64,000 nt of DNA from Octopus vulgaris (Eukaryota), in the NCBI GenBank assembly GCA_951406725.2, contig OX597815.1, positions 89,652,001 through 89,716,000 of the forward strand. Direction: 5' to 3'. Under the pieces are notes generated by a model. The model saw nothing but the letters and a program-made list of their open reading frames with translations. It was not told where the DNA came from and searched no databases. Below, piece after piece: positions 40,461 through 53,899 of the stretch. How positions within the stretch are numbered: position 1 is the first letter of the stretch; every line of letters starts with the position of its first letter. The position numbers were made by a program, and so were the translations under genes.

Positions 40461-41703
40461 TACGAATTTTGTATACCAACATTGTTGGGAAAGAAAAAGA
40501 GACAAGGTTAAATGCAAGGTATACATAATTGAGTTTTTAAATGACTGAAATAGCAAGTAATTAAAAATGCAAAATGTGGTATTATTCCGGGTCTTTGCAT
40601 TTTGAGTTTAGACCCCAGTGTGTCAGACTTGTGAAGTGGACTTAATCTGTCACTTGGTTTAACATCCTTGCCTGACCCTTGTATATATTTCGTAGACTGT
40701 ATTCTGTTCAAGTCATTCATACTACGTCTCCACTTTGTCAGAATTTGCCTAAACACAGAACTTCTGAAACCCTGAAAAGAATAATGCGTGCTACCCATAC
40801 TTCCTGATTAAGCGATTTACAAATTTTATTCCCTCTAATTATTTTAAAATATTGGTTAGACTACGTTTCACTGATTAGGTCCATTAGAACTTCAGCATAT
40901 CTGTCCAACATCATCAGCATACTTGCACATCATTATACATTTAATTCCAATTATTGTAAGTTTAGGTATGTCACGCCCGTTTTTCTTTAAAGAAGTTTTA
41001 TTCTCTACACAATTGCGGTGAAATTAATTGAAGTTTCTGAGTTCACATGACATTAAATATTTCTGTTTTATAATTACTTATAATTATATCTGAAATGTTT
41101 GCCTTAATCTCCGTGTCATTCTGGACCGCCTCAGGATATCGTAGCTTGTTTGTTGTCTTCTTGCCGGTTTGTCGATTCGGCCATATCTGTGCATATGCTG
41201 TCTTTATGTGAACTAGGTAACCAGAAATAGCATGCTTAAGCGGTATTTGATGTTTATTCCATTCTATAAAGGTGGTGTCAGTCTCTGTAGGGCGGGCTAT
41301 GTTACTGTTAGTTAGGGGCTGGTATTATAGAACTAGAAGCTGAATTTTGTTGCTAGTTTTTGTTCACAACCTTTCAGCTACTGTTGATTTCCAACATTCT
41401 TTCGATTGAGCTTAGTAATTTATTGGACAAAGAGTAGTTTTGCGACCATTTGTTTTCTTTAAAAGCCTTTCAAGAAGTATCTTCTTTCACTTTAATTTAT
41501 TTTCCTTTTGAGTTTATCGTATATTGAGAGAAAACTTTTCTGTCGTTTTGATTTTTATGTAAGTCATTCCTCGGTGTATTTAGCTTCTTGTTTATAATTA
41601 CTTCTTTCTAAAAAAGAAGTTTTTTCCATTTTCATAATTTTTGTTATTAGCAATGGATTTCTTTACATCTACTGTTTTTGATTTGTAACGTAACCCTATT
41701 TTT

Positions 41704-41900
41704 AAGGCAGTGAATTAGCCGTTCGTTAGCACATCGGGGAAAACGTTTTTAGGGCATTTCGTTTATATTCACGTTCTCAGTTCAAATCCGCCAAGGTCGA
41801 CGTTGCCTGTCATACTTTGGGGCGATAAAATAAGTACCATTTAAACACTAACCCTCCCCCTAACTTGATGACTTTGAGCCAACATTTGAAATTAATATTT
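41704..41900 (+). mobile_element. Diverged SINE A, tail type 2
   Basis: cgttctcagttcaaatccgccaaggtcgac...gataaaataagtacca. Confidence 0.65.
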
Positions 41901-42038
41901 AGATATCCTACTTTAGTAGAAAGTACAAATTATTTCCAACAAAAACCTTTTCATTCGTTCTTTCCGAGTCTCATGTCAATGTTGTTGTGATATCGAGTAT
42001 CATGTTTAATTATTTGGTGTGCGTGATGTGTGTGTGTG

Positions 42039-42078
<40 letters not shown>

Positions 42079-44599
42079 CGTGCGTGTGGTGGGGTTAATG
42101 TCCTCCAAAGCGTTCTTATGTTATTCTGATGAACGAAGAGCTCTCGCTTTCGGAATTGCTTTATGTGGCCTCATTCTGCAAAACATGATTTGATTTTATT
42201 GCAATGTGATATGTTATTTTTAGATTGAATATATTTCAGTTATTTCAGTTTTATCTTCTACTTTCTTATATTAGTTCTCTCACTATACATTTCAGAAAAT
42301 TTGGGATTGAAGCTTTTGGGTTTGTTTAATATAAATTGTTAAATTCTTTCTTCTCTTTTTCTTAGTTTTCGCTTGATTACGAGATAGACTGTATAACTTG
42401 TTTATATGGCTTATTGTTATTCTTTTGCTAATTTCTCTTATTTCATTTTCGTGTTGGTAATCGAATCTTTTTGTCTCTTGCGTTGTTTTTTTTTCTGTAG
42501 TTTTACTGTTATACATACATTTTTGTTTTGTTATTTTCTCGATTATTTCCACGGGGACTTACGTGATATTCATTTTTATTTAATTTTCTTTTTTGCAATT
42601 TTCCACACAGCGCGCTTTTACTTCGTTGTAATGTCAAATGTAATAGGATATGTAATATTTCCAGTGAATATTTATGTGACTGTTTTATTGTGTGTGTGAT
42701 CATTTGTCTTTTGTTCTTTTGTATTTTCTTTTGTGAAACATATATATTGAAAGTAGTAGATCCCGCTGTAATGCTTCCCTTAGTATGTGGGAGATTAAGG
42801 ATTTCTTTTTGTGTATAGTTGGGGAAATGGTTTTACTTGTAGCGTATATTGTGTCTGTGTGTTGATCTAGACCTTGGATCTTTGATCTGCTTATTATAGA
42901 TAACTATTCGACAGGATGAGACTTTAGTTTCTTCAAATTGGTAAACGGGCAAAATGAGTAATTTCTGATTTCTTATTTTCTCCCTACTTGTTTGAAACCA
43001 TTACATTGTAAGTATTACATCTTCATTTTGTAATGTTGCATCGTCTTACGGAGAAGTAAATATTGGTCAGCATAGTTATTGTTGTAATTGAGAGAGTTTG
43101 AAACATAGTCAGTTGACTGGTACTTTTTTTCAAGAAGTTTTACTGAACTTTGACCCACTTGTTATTGAGGATAGTTATATCTGGATATTTTTTTGTTTCC
43201 CTGTCAATATTCTTTGCTCTGTTTGACTTGGAGTCCATTTTTGCAACATTAATGTCTAATTTGATAGTTTAAAAAAAAATCGTGTCTAAAGTAGAGAACA
43301 ATGATCAATGACTAACTTCAATGATTTATTTTTATATGCATGCTGCATGTATATATGAAGAAGTGAGCCACTCCAGCAGATCATGATGAAGCTATTGAGA
43401 ATATTTTGTTTTAGATTTAGTCGAGTTCCGTCAATTTCATATCACGTGGAATTTTTCAATGATTTTATCTAAATATCTATCTTCAATTTTTGTTGCGTTT
43501 CTGATCTTCCTAATATCTAAGGATGGATATTGATATGTGTGAGTCTTTTGATGAAATGTAATTGTGGATAATTGAAGAGGCAAATTTACATTATCTCGTC
43601 TTACTCATTTGAATGTGTCGTGTCTGTTATATGCTCTGCTTAGCTGATATAGTTTTCTAAGGTTGATACATTTTTGAAATATATATTTTTCTCTCAAAGT
43701 CAAAACTGTTGTAAATATTACTTTGTAGCATATCGACTACACATTCGTGATTTCATCCCTAACACTTATGTTTCTGTCATACAGTCCACATCCATTGATG
43801 TAGTATGAGCATAAATGTATGTAATAAATTATTTTTCAGTTATGATTTTTGTTTTAATTAGATGGACTCTTGCAATTTCTATTACGTTTTGACATATTAA
43901 GGAATACAGTTGAATTTTTATAAAAGAATAACTTTTTACGTTTATGTGTTTGTTTTGCCAAATTCTAGGTGTGAAATCATGTGAGGAAACAGATATCGTT
44001 ATACTTAGGGATGGTTATAATTTGCTAATTAAATATACGCGCTATATACCTAGCATTTACTTAGCTTTATTTTTGTTTCTTTGTCATAGCTATTTCGTCA
44101 GCGACTTAGTATATCACGTGTCTCCTCTTGTTCTCTTGTTCTGCTTAGTCCCATTTGCCTCTCTGTCGTATGTATCCTTATATGCTCACGCGTTTTCCTC
44201 TGTATCTGTATGTACTATCTATGTCTTTAGTATGTGTATTTTGTGTGCGTGTATTTGCGTTTGCTCACTGAGCTGTATGTACAGGTGTACTTTATTATTT
44301 AATTAATTAAATTTCTTCTTCTATTTACTTATATATTTGTTTTTGCCTTTTGTCTTTCTTTCTGATTCCGACTTCAGTATGCGTATGTGTGTTTGGCGTC
44401 TGTGTATGGGTTTATTTATCATAGTGTTTGTATCTGTATCGCCTCTATTCTTCTCTCATTCTCTATTTAATCTAAAGTTTGCGTAGTGTGGTGGAGTGGA
44501 AGGTTGTCATTCTATCCATGTTTTTTTTTATGAGGCTTGGTTTGTTTATTACTGCGTATACGGCAGCGGTAATCTGTATATGTGTCGTCTCCTATTTGT

Positions 44600-45730
44600 T
44601 TATAATATCTTAAAAGTTATGTTACTAACCGAGCCGACGTTAAACGGATAGAATAAGATTGAAGCTATCAACACCTGGGCGGTTTCACTTCTTAGATATG
44701 GAGCAGGGGTAATCGCATGGACAGTAGATGAACTAAACAGCTTAGACAGAAAGACAAGAAAGTTGAGAACTAGATATGAGAGACTCCACCCAAAAAGTGA
44801 CGCAGACAGACTGTATGTACCAAGAAAAAGAGGGGGAAGAAGACTTAATGGATGCAAACAAAGCATTAGAGCAGAAGAAGTTAACATAGCAGGTAAAAAA
44901 TGCCATAGAACCGCGATTATTAGAAGTAAGAAGGCCAGGCTTGTGTAGGATGAAACATTGCAAAGATAGAGCACTGTACAAGCAAAACTGCAAACGGAGA
45001 CTCTAATCTGTGCTGTCCAAGACCATGCACTAAGAACAAATTACATAAAATGCAGAATAGACAACGCATCAGAAAGTGGTACGTGCAGAATTTGTGGACA
45101 AAATGGTGAAACCGTATGGCATATTACCAGCCAATGTACGTCACTATCCCAGAAGGAATATAAGAGATGCCACGACAATATAGCAGGGCTTGTCCATTGG
45201 ACACTTTGCAACAAGTATGGACTTACCAGAGCAAAAAGTTGGTACGACCACAAACCCGAAGGTATCATCGGAAATGATAATGCAAAGATCCTGTGGGAGT
45301 TTGATTCAGTGCGACCATGAGATAGAGAATAGGAAGCCAGACATGATCTAAATAGTGAAAGAAAGTAAGCTATGCTGAACCATAGATATAGCATGCCCAG
45401 CTGACAACATGGTTCGCGATAAGGAAGAAAGAGACATCGATAGATATAACAGTTTAGCTTGGAGGCTTAAGCTGTTGTGCTCGATGACAGAGGTGGTGGT
45501 AGTACTAAATAACTGTCGGAGCCCTGGGAACAGTGGGCAAAAATCTCGAGAAGTACGTGGAACAAATAGGGGCTGTAATAAGGGTGGAGCACTTGCAGAA
45601 AACAGCACTGCTTGGAACCGCCCGAATTCTCCGGAAGGTGCTCCAAATATAAGGGGTGTTACGTTAGTTAACTGGTATTGAACAGCTGGCACCGTAGTAC
45701 ATCTCCAGCGTTAGAAGCTGTGCAAAGGCA
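44600..45730 (+). mobile_element. R4/Dong-like fragment 2
   Basis: NKIEAINTWAV, LHPKSDADRLYVPRKRGGR, CRICGQNGETVWHITSQC; ends in (AAT)n. Confidence 0.85.
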
Positions 45731-45804
45731 ATAATAATAATAATAATAAAAATAGTAATAAAGGAAATTCACAGTCAGCTCTTGAAGAATAAAGATGAGA
45801 TTGA

Positions 45805-46608
45805 TTGGAATAGAACCTAGCAATAGCTGCAGAAATGAGATTAAAAGGGCCCAGTGAGGCATTAATGTGCAGCGCCCAAGAACAAGCTCTCAGAACAAAC
45901 TACTCCAAATATCACATTGGTAAAAGCACTGACTCGACAATGTAGGATGTGCTCTGAGAAGGGAGAAAATGCAAGCCATATTGTTAGTGAGTGCTCTAAG
46001 TTCGCACAACGCGAATACAAAAAGAGATACGCCAACGTGGTAAGATATGTTCATTGGCTGTTGTGCGGTAAAACAATCCTCGAGAGAGCCGAAAAATGGT
46101 ATGAACACAGGCCAGAGGGAGTAATGGAAAACAAACATTACAAAATAATGGGATTTTAACATGCAGTGCGACCAAGTCATAGAGGCGAGACGACCAGATA
46201 TTGTGCTCATCTATAAAGATGAAAAAGAACTAGAGATAACAGATGTTGCAGTACCAGGCGATTCGAGGGTGAAATGTAAGGAAAGAGAAAAGATTGAGAA
46301 ATACCAGCCACTGTGGGACGAGATAGGAAAGTTATGGGACATGAGGAAAGTAATGGTGATACCGGTGGTAATTGGAGCGTTAGGAGCAGTTTCCAAGGGA
46401 TTTGAAAAACATTAAGAATATTGGAGCTGCTGTCAATCTCGAAGTTATCCAGAAGACAGCCGTGTTGGTGCAGCTCACATTCTAAGGAGAGTGTTGTCTC
46501 TTTGAGTCACAGGAGAAGGCACTACTTGAAACCTTTGATGATTCGTTATTGCCTGCTTGCAAGTAAAGAATAACCAGTAATTAAGAACTATCCGAGAGTC
46601 TTTCAGAA
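45805..46608 (+). mobile_element. R4/Dong-like fragment 3 (RLE domain)
   Basis: CRMCSEKGENASHIVSEC, RRPDIV..DVAVPGD..EKIEKY..PVVIGALG. Confidence 0.85.
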
Positions 46609-46644
46609 TAATAACAACAACAACAGCAACAACAACAATAATAA

Positions 46645-47210
46645 TATCCTGATGCAGTACCAGGCAGTGGCCCTCGTGGCTTCTGATCTTCGCTGATTGG
46701 AAGTGTTATCATGTACATTGTTTTGTCTTCGTATAAAAGGTGGGCTACAACAAATATTCTGCTCAATATCACAGATTTGCTTGTCAGTTGTTTGACCAAA
46801 ACAAGTTGAGCATGTCCCTTAGTAGCTGACGATATGTGCATCTCTGATCACAAGCAGAAGTAGTAGGAGAGCATCATAGCCATGTGTTGAGAGGGATTCT
46901 TTGGGATTTGAACAATTCACCTCTGGAAACATTGGTGTTTCGTTCAACATCCTTAAACAACCCTTATTCAGGGACCTTTTGAACCGGATGGGCTACTCGA
47001 TCAGAGGAAAATTGTTACTGGGCCCCACCTGCAAGGTCATGCGCTGTTTATTTTGATATGGGATCTCCATGTCACGCACATATGGTTGTGATGCATGTGC
47101 CAAGTGTACACTTATCAGACTTGGCATGTGTCAAGTGTACCCTTATATACTGGGCTTCGTATATTTTACCCCAGTGTCACTTTGATGGCATGCACTGCTC
47201 TTTCATTCAA
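46645..47210 (+). mobile_element. Non-coding repeat family E, longer copy, flanked by (AAC/AAT)n
   Basis: Homologous to 28072-28465. Confidence 0.8.
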
Positions 47211-47986
47211 TAATAATATTAATAATAATAATAATACACGTCAGCCATGATAGCGGCTGGACGTGTTCTTCGCTACTCTGACCAGTCAGCAACTGAAGAC
47301 AAAGAAACACAAATACAACCCAGCAGAACAACTGAAAAATAACTCTCAAAAACTGGAATACCTAGAATTTCCTGTGAGTATTTTAAAAAATTCCTTCAAA
47401 ATAAGTTTAAAACTTCCATATCTACAGTTTTCTCTGGTCGAACACACAAACGATCACCTTTGAAATCTTCGAGACTTTAATATCTACAACTTTCTTTGGA
47501 TACTTATCATTTTCCTTTCTCCTCGAATATTCGAAAATGTAAACATCGTTTTATTGGAATAAAACATTTTTCTCTGGTCAGACATACAAACGATTATCTT
47601 TAGAAAATTTAAAAACTTTAACATGTACAATTTTCTCTGAAAATTTTACCCTTCTTTTCTTTCCTTTCCTTTCTCCCTGAGTATTCGAAAATGTAAACAT
47701 CCTTTTTATTACAAGAACACTTCAGTTTTCTATGGTCACGCATTTTTTTTGTCATATTCATTTATAGCAAGTTGTTTTACACGTATTACACTATTATTTT
47801 TTTTCTGCTTGGGTTAGGCCTTCAGACGCTTTCGGAAATTCACGATGTGAATTTTCCGAGGCCTCCCCCCTTCGCGAGCGCGCATTTATTTTGTCATATT
47901 CGTTTAGAGGAAGTTGTTTTACACCTATTACACTATTTTTTTTTTTGTTTTTATGACCGGGTCAAGCGCTTTAGTTTGACCCAAAC

Positions 47987-48234
47987 GGGCATTCTTTCGA
48001 TATAACTCGACAAAATCAAACCGTAGGTTGTGGAGTATAGATACAACGAAGTTATGCCAGCAATTTTTAACTTGAAGAAAAAATGCCTTGCATATTTGTT
48101 TTTATCTGTTTCATGTATGTAAGTAAAATCCGCAAATTTCCAAGCAGAAAACAGAATATAACTGACATTTGTTTCCACAGAAATACCCGAAGAAAAATGT
48201 TTTGATTTTGTCGAGTTATATCAAAACAATGCCC
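47987..48234. mobile_element. MITE with about 35-bp TIRs
   Basis: gggcattctttcgatataactcgacaaaatcaaa / tttgattttgtcgagttatatcaaaacaatgccc. Confidence 0.7.
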
Positions 48235-48467
48235 ACAAACGATCATCTTTAGAAAATATAAAAAACTTTGATAACTACAATTTTTACCCTTTTTTCTCCC
48301 TGACTATTAGAATATGTAAACATACCTTTTATTGCAAAAACACTATTAAACACACGATAACACGTAGAGATAAGCAACTGATAATTTATACAAAATGCAC
48401 TATTACGAAAACTAAACCACAGCAAAACCTATACAAAGAAAGAAAAAATTCAATGCTGTAAATAGCC

Positions 48468-48525
<58 letters not shown>

Positions 48526-48557
48526 GCAAAATCGTGAAGCGTTTCATATTTTTCATA

Positions 48558-48728
48558 GGCGCTGGAGTGGCTGTGTGGTAAGTAGCTTGCTTACCAACAA
48601 CATTGTTCCAGGTTCAATCCCACTGCGTGGCACCTTGGGCAAGTGTCTTCTACTATAGCCTCGGGCCGACCAAAGCCTTGTGAGTGGATTTGGTAGACGG
48701 AAACGGAAAGAAGCCCGTCGTATATTTG

Positions 48729-48767
<39 letters not shown>

Positions 48768-48769
48768 AT

Positions 48770-48813
<44 letters not shown>

Positions 48814-49025
48814 TTGTTTGTGTGTCTGTGTTTGTCCCCCCAACATCGCTTGACAACCGATGCTGATGTGTTTACGTCCCCGTAACTTTGCGGTTCGGTT
48901 CAGCATAAGAGACCGATAGTATAAGTACTAGGCATACAAAGAATAAGTCCTGGGATCGATGTGCTCGACTAAAGGTGGTGCTCCAGCATGGCCGCAGTCA
49001 AATGACTGAAACAAGTAAAAAGAGT
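48558..49025 (+). mobile_element. SINE family B, full length
   Basis: A box TGGCTGTGTGG, B box GGTTCAATCCC, CTTGGGCAAGTGTC, internal microsatellite, 3' end ...gaaacaagtaaaaagag. Confidence 0.85.
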
Positions 49026-49264
49026 AAAAAAAAAGAGTATATATATATATTATTATAATTATTATTACCATCATTATCATTATTATTATTATTTTTATTA
49101 TTATTTTCTATCGGTAATTAAAACACAAGGTGAGTTGGTTCTTTCCATGCCAAGCTCAGCTCTCTCATTTATCGCTAGCATTAGTAAACATATTTGACCT
49201 CTGCTGACCGCAAGGGTGTGACGCCTCTTTTGTTTCCTGATAGCACAGGGATACGAAGCCATAT

Positions 49265-49324
<60 letters not shown>

Positions 49325-49805
49325 ATAGATCCAAGAGTACAAGCAGTAATTGACAACGGCGGTAGAAGGCTGTCCAGACAAAGCCAAAATAACAACTACA
49401 ACAACATCAACAACACAATAAGCAACTACAGCCTGCCAACCAATCCACCTCTCTCGGTTCCTGTTGCTAGAGAACATTACCTAGCTAATGACAAAATAAC
49501 AATGTTAAAAACTGGCTAGAGAAGGACGATTTTGGGTTTTCATACTCTGAGCTTGTCCACCGAAGAAGATTACAAGTGAGCTATGGTCGCTCTGAGAGGT
49601 TATTCGGCATGATAGAAAGAGTTGTTACATCTCTTTCAAATTTTCGGTCCGTCTTGCAACCTTTTCAATAGTCAAGACTATTGAAAAAGTTGCAAGACGC
49701 AAAGAAAACTTTAGGAAAATAAAAATAAGAAATAAGTGGAAATTTTACCGGTGAGTGTTAAATTATAAGGCACAAAAACTTACTCTTCCCAGACACAACA
49801 GAATA

Positions 49806-49882
<77 letters not shown>

Positions 49883-49896
49883 TAATAATAATAATA

Positions 49897-50255
49897 AAAG
49901 AAAGGCGAAGTTGCTTACTTACTGACCCATCATGCTCCCACCAAAAATACTATCTCTTAAAGTTTGAAATAGGCAGTATTTGGAATATGCGAACAGTAAA
50001 GGCTGTGCTTATAACAATTGGTGCGTTGGGAATAGTTAGCCAAGATATAGACAAATGGCTGAAGGAGATTGAAACAGAATGCCCGGTAGAGTTCCTACAG
50101 AACGTTTGTCTCTTAGATAACATCAAAGGCTATCAAGAGGTTTCTATGCACTTGAAAGACAGCTGAAAACTTGTGGACACATAAGATTACAGGTAGTAAC
50201 TCGTTACCCACATAAATCCTATCAGGAATAAGACTGAACTTGAACCAAACCAAAA
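49897..50255 (+). mobile_element. R4/Dong-like 3' fragment 4 between (AAT)n tracts
   Basis: KY..LKFEIGSIWNM..V....IGALG.V. Confidence 0.65.
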
Positions 50256-50944
50256 TAATGATAATAATAAATAGCAATAATATTTCAATAATGATAATGT
50301 GATGTAGTTCATATAATTCAGAGGATTTAGGATGGTATTTATTTGGCAGGAAATATGACTTCGAATACTGACTTATTACTAAAAGCTGACGTGAAATAAG
50401 TGAGATCTTTGAAAGCAGGCAGAATATTAAGTTTAACTGGTGATTGCTTTTTCGTTAATATAAACATTAGTTAGCATACATTTACCTTCAGTTTTATATT
50501 GTGAAAGACCGTTATGCGAAGTACATGCAACTTCGTAGTCGTAAGTCATTGCGAAATAGAACTAAAGATTTGCGTGACAGACTGCAATTATACAAGATTT
50601 CACAATGTTTCAGAAAGCTTTGGCAGTTTCCAATCGATTCCTTTTTTTTTTCTTTTTTCCTATTTCTTGCTTGCATTATTTACGAATGTCACTGAAATGA
50701 TCAAAAATGTCGAAATGTTGATAATAGACAGCAGAATATTGTGATTCCTATCTACAAAAATACTTATTTTAACGAATAATTTTAAATCCATAATCATGTA
50801 AAGACGCATATAAACACACGCACACACACACATAATCCACCTGCATTGACATACACAAACGTTTATTTCGACTGATGTGTTTCTTTGAGTCAATACAGAA
50901 ATAGATTTACACATATTTCCTTGCACATCCATATAGGTGTGTGT

Positions 50945-51044
<100 letters not shown>

Positions 51045-51162
51045 ATATATTATGTTTATGAATATATTTATGTGTGGGTATATATTTATATTTATGCACA
51101 TATATATATATATATATATATTATATTATGTATTCGAATATATATATGGGAACATATATATG

Positions 51163-51203
<41 letters not shown>

Positions 51204-51287
51204 ATATATAGGAATGTACACACACACGTGTGTGCGTGTGTGTACATACACACACATATATATAGCTATATATATACATATATATAC

Positions 51288-51622
51288 GTAAAGACCCCTT
51301 TCGGTTATGAATGGAGATAGGATTGCACCTAAATAATTTCCCTCCGAGGCCCAAATTTGTGCAACGTTGTTTTATAGAAGACCAGCAGTCGCCCATGAAT
51401 ACCAACCTCCTCTCTCCATACCACTGATCTTTTCCAATGGAAGGGAAACGACCGATACAGCTTGGCACCAGTGTCGTCGTAACTCATTTCTACATGTGAG
51501 TGAACTGGAGCAACGCGAAATATAGTGTCTTGCTGAAGGACACAGCCTATAGCCCAGTCCGGGAATCGAACTCACGACCTTGTGATTGCGAGCTCGACGT
51601 TCTAACAACTGAGCCATATGCG
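51288..51622 (-). mobile_element. SINE family C
   Basis: TGGCTCAGTTGTTAG...GAGTTCGATTCCC; homologous to 21540-21843. Confidence 0.8.
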
Positions 51623-51658
51623 CAGACAAGCGCCGGCAAACGCACACATATACATGCA

Positions 51659-51700
<42 letters not shown>

Positions 51701-52045
51701 CAATAAGAGGCTTCCAAATAGGAAAACGTTGTGCTAGAACACAAAAAAGGGGATAAATTCACGAAAGGAATGAAAATTAAAAACATTTACTATCTCAACT
51801 ATTTCCAGTAAAAAAATATTTGCTGAAGGCAAGTTTCTTCAGTGGGACAACCTTGATAATCCTGACGCACAGACGGCTAGATCCACATGTAGATCTAACG
51901 GTTTGTAAATCCTAACTTTTCAAACCTCTGCGCAGACGCAAATTATATCGGCGACGGAGAGGATGCCGGTAAAATTTCGAACAAATTTATCAAACAGTAT
52001 TAAACAATATATATATATATCAGATATTTTGCTTAGGCATAATTA

Positions 52046-52222
<177 letters not shown>

Positions 52223-52227
52223 GTCAG

Positions 52228-53870
52228 CTATTTTTTAAAACAGTGTTTACATTTCATAATAGAACATTTCACAAAGCAGTACGTACAACTAATTATGCCT
52301 AAGCAAAATATCCGATTCCCCTGGGGTTTAAAACAAGTAAATGATGATACCAGAGAGATAGTTTTTATGGAGTAAGAAAGTTGACTGCGGTTTATAACAG
52401 GAGGAAGCGAATGAATCACCAACTCCACTCCCAAAGGACCAACGTCTGACCCAAATGTATCTTTCATTTCACAGTGGCTCTCACTATCAATGAGCACGCA
52501 TCTCAAATAAAAGGAAACACCCCCGATCAGCAGGTTCACCTCGTAGTTCTACTTTTTTTCGCTCATGCTGCTTTCCTTGCCTCCTCGTATAATAATGCAA
52601 AACTAGTGTTTTCTTTACTGGGGGGGGGCTGAGGATCCTGCTTGTTTTTAAGTGTATCTGTGTGCGCAGGTTCTGGGACAATGTCTGGTGAGGCTGGGTG
52701 AAGAATGGTGTCGGTGGGGGTGTAGGTTGATAGCTAGTATCCGTGGAGTGGTTATTCCTCCTCCTCCATTTCCTCTTGACAGCTCCTCCTTTGTTATCAA
52801 AGAATTCCATTAATTCACTCTCCGACGAATTCACGTCCATTCGTTCTCCTCCGGTGCATTTATCTCTTTCTCGTCACATTTCTCATCCGTTTCGGATTTT
52901 TTCGCTGTATGAGGTGGAGCTGCGCTTTCTTCCCCTATTGGAAATACCACCGGTGTTTTTCTTGGAGGCGGAGGGCATTCTGCTCTTATGTGGCCTTTCT
53001 GGTCACTTGGAGCATTGTGGCTTCCTGTCCCCTACCGCTACCCTCAATTTCTTGTCACCCACTAAAATGGTGTCCACAATAATTTCTATGTCCTCCAGGG
53101 CAGCGTAGATGATCATCTCCAGTCCTTACCCAAGCCAGTTTTGTTTCGGTATTCTTGATTGTTATCCTCTCTCCAAGACCAATGTTATCACCGCTACCGG
53201 CAACATCGGTGGGATTTCTTCGACCCTTAACCTGGAAGTTCACTTTCCTGCGTCTGCAAGGAGGCCACCGATTGTTCGCCTGTTTGAAACCGCACTCTGT
53301 GAAGCATATTTGTCTCCCCTGTCCAGGGACGTATTTTTGGGCCAGCTGGTTCCCAAGCACTTTTCGACTTGAACCCTTGTTATCACGTCTATTATTTTCT
53401 CCTTGATTAAATTGTTTTAAACAATTATCGTTTTCTTCAACGTATCCTAAGTAACTCTGCTAGGAGTGGTCAGCTCAATTTCGTTCCACTCATTTTTCAA
53501 CTGGTCCTTGTATTTCATTGAATCTTGCATTTCAATCTTTATTTCCTCTTTCGAGGTGCCGGCCGCAACCACAAAACTTTTCCTGTTGTTAATATTCATT
53601 ATCCTTTTTCGTCTTGACAGCTCCTTCTCTATGTTATCCAAGAATTCCATTAATTCACTCTCCGACGAATCCATGTAGGAAAGACTCAACCTTTCACAAC
53701 CAGTGTTCATGTTAAACAAAAAGCGATTTCCCCCCTCAAACAAGGGGAAAACGATAGCAAAACTGCTGCAAAGCTGTAAAACAATGGTGTATTAAACACA
53801 CAGTAACAACGTTCAACAATTCAACAACTGTTATATAACGAGCGAACACTCGATACTTACCGTAAATAAC
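52228..53870 (-). mobile_element. Tx1-like element E5 with ORF1 only (array unit 1; 3' tail not visible)
   Basis: MDSSESELMEFLDN, SFVVAAG, IELTTP, degenerate knuckle, GSDVGPL. Confidence 0.75.
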
Positions 53871-53899
53871 GTCACAAACTCTTGGCGTTTATATTCTGA

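Noticed and set aside
42120-42165. CTGATGA plus hairpin plus GAAT
   Set aside because: GAAA core and stem I are not satisfied; at best a decayed motif
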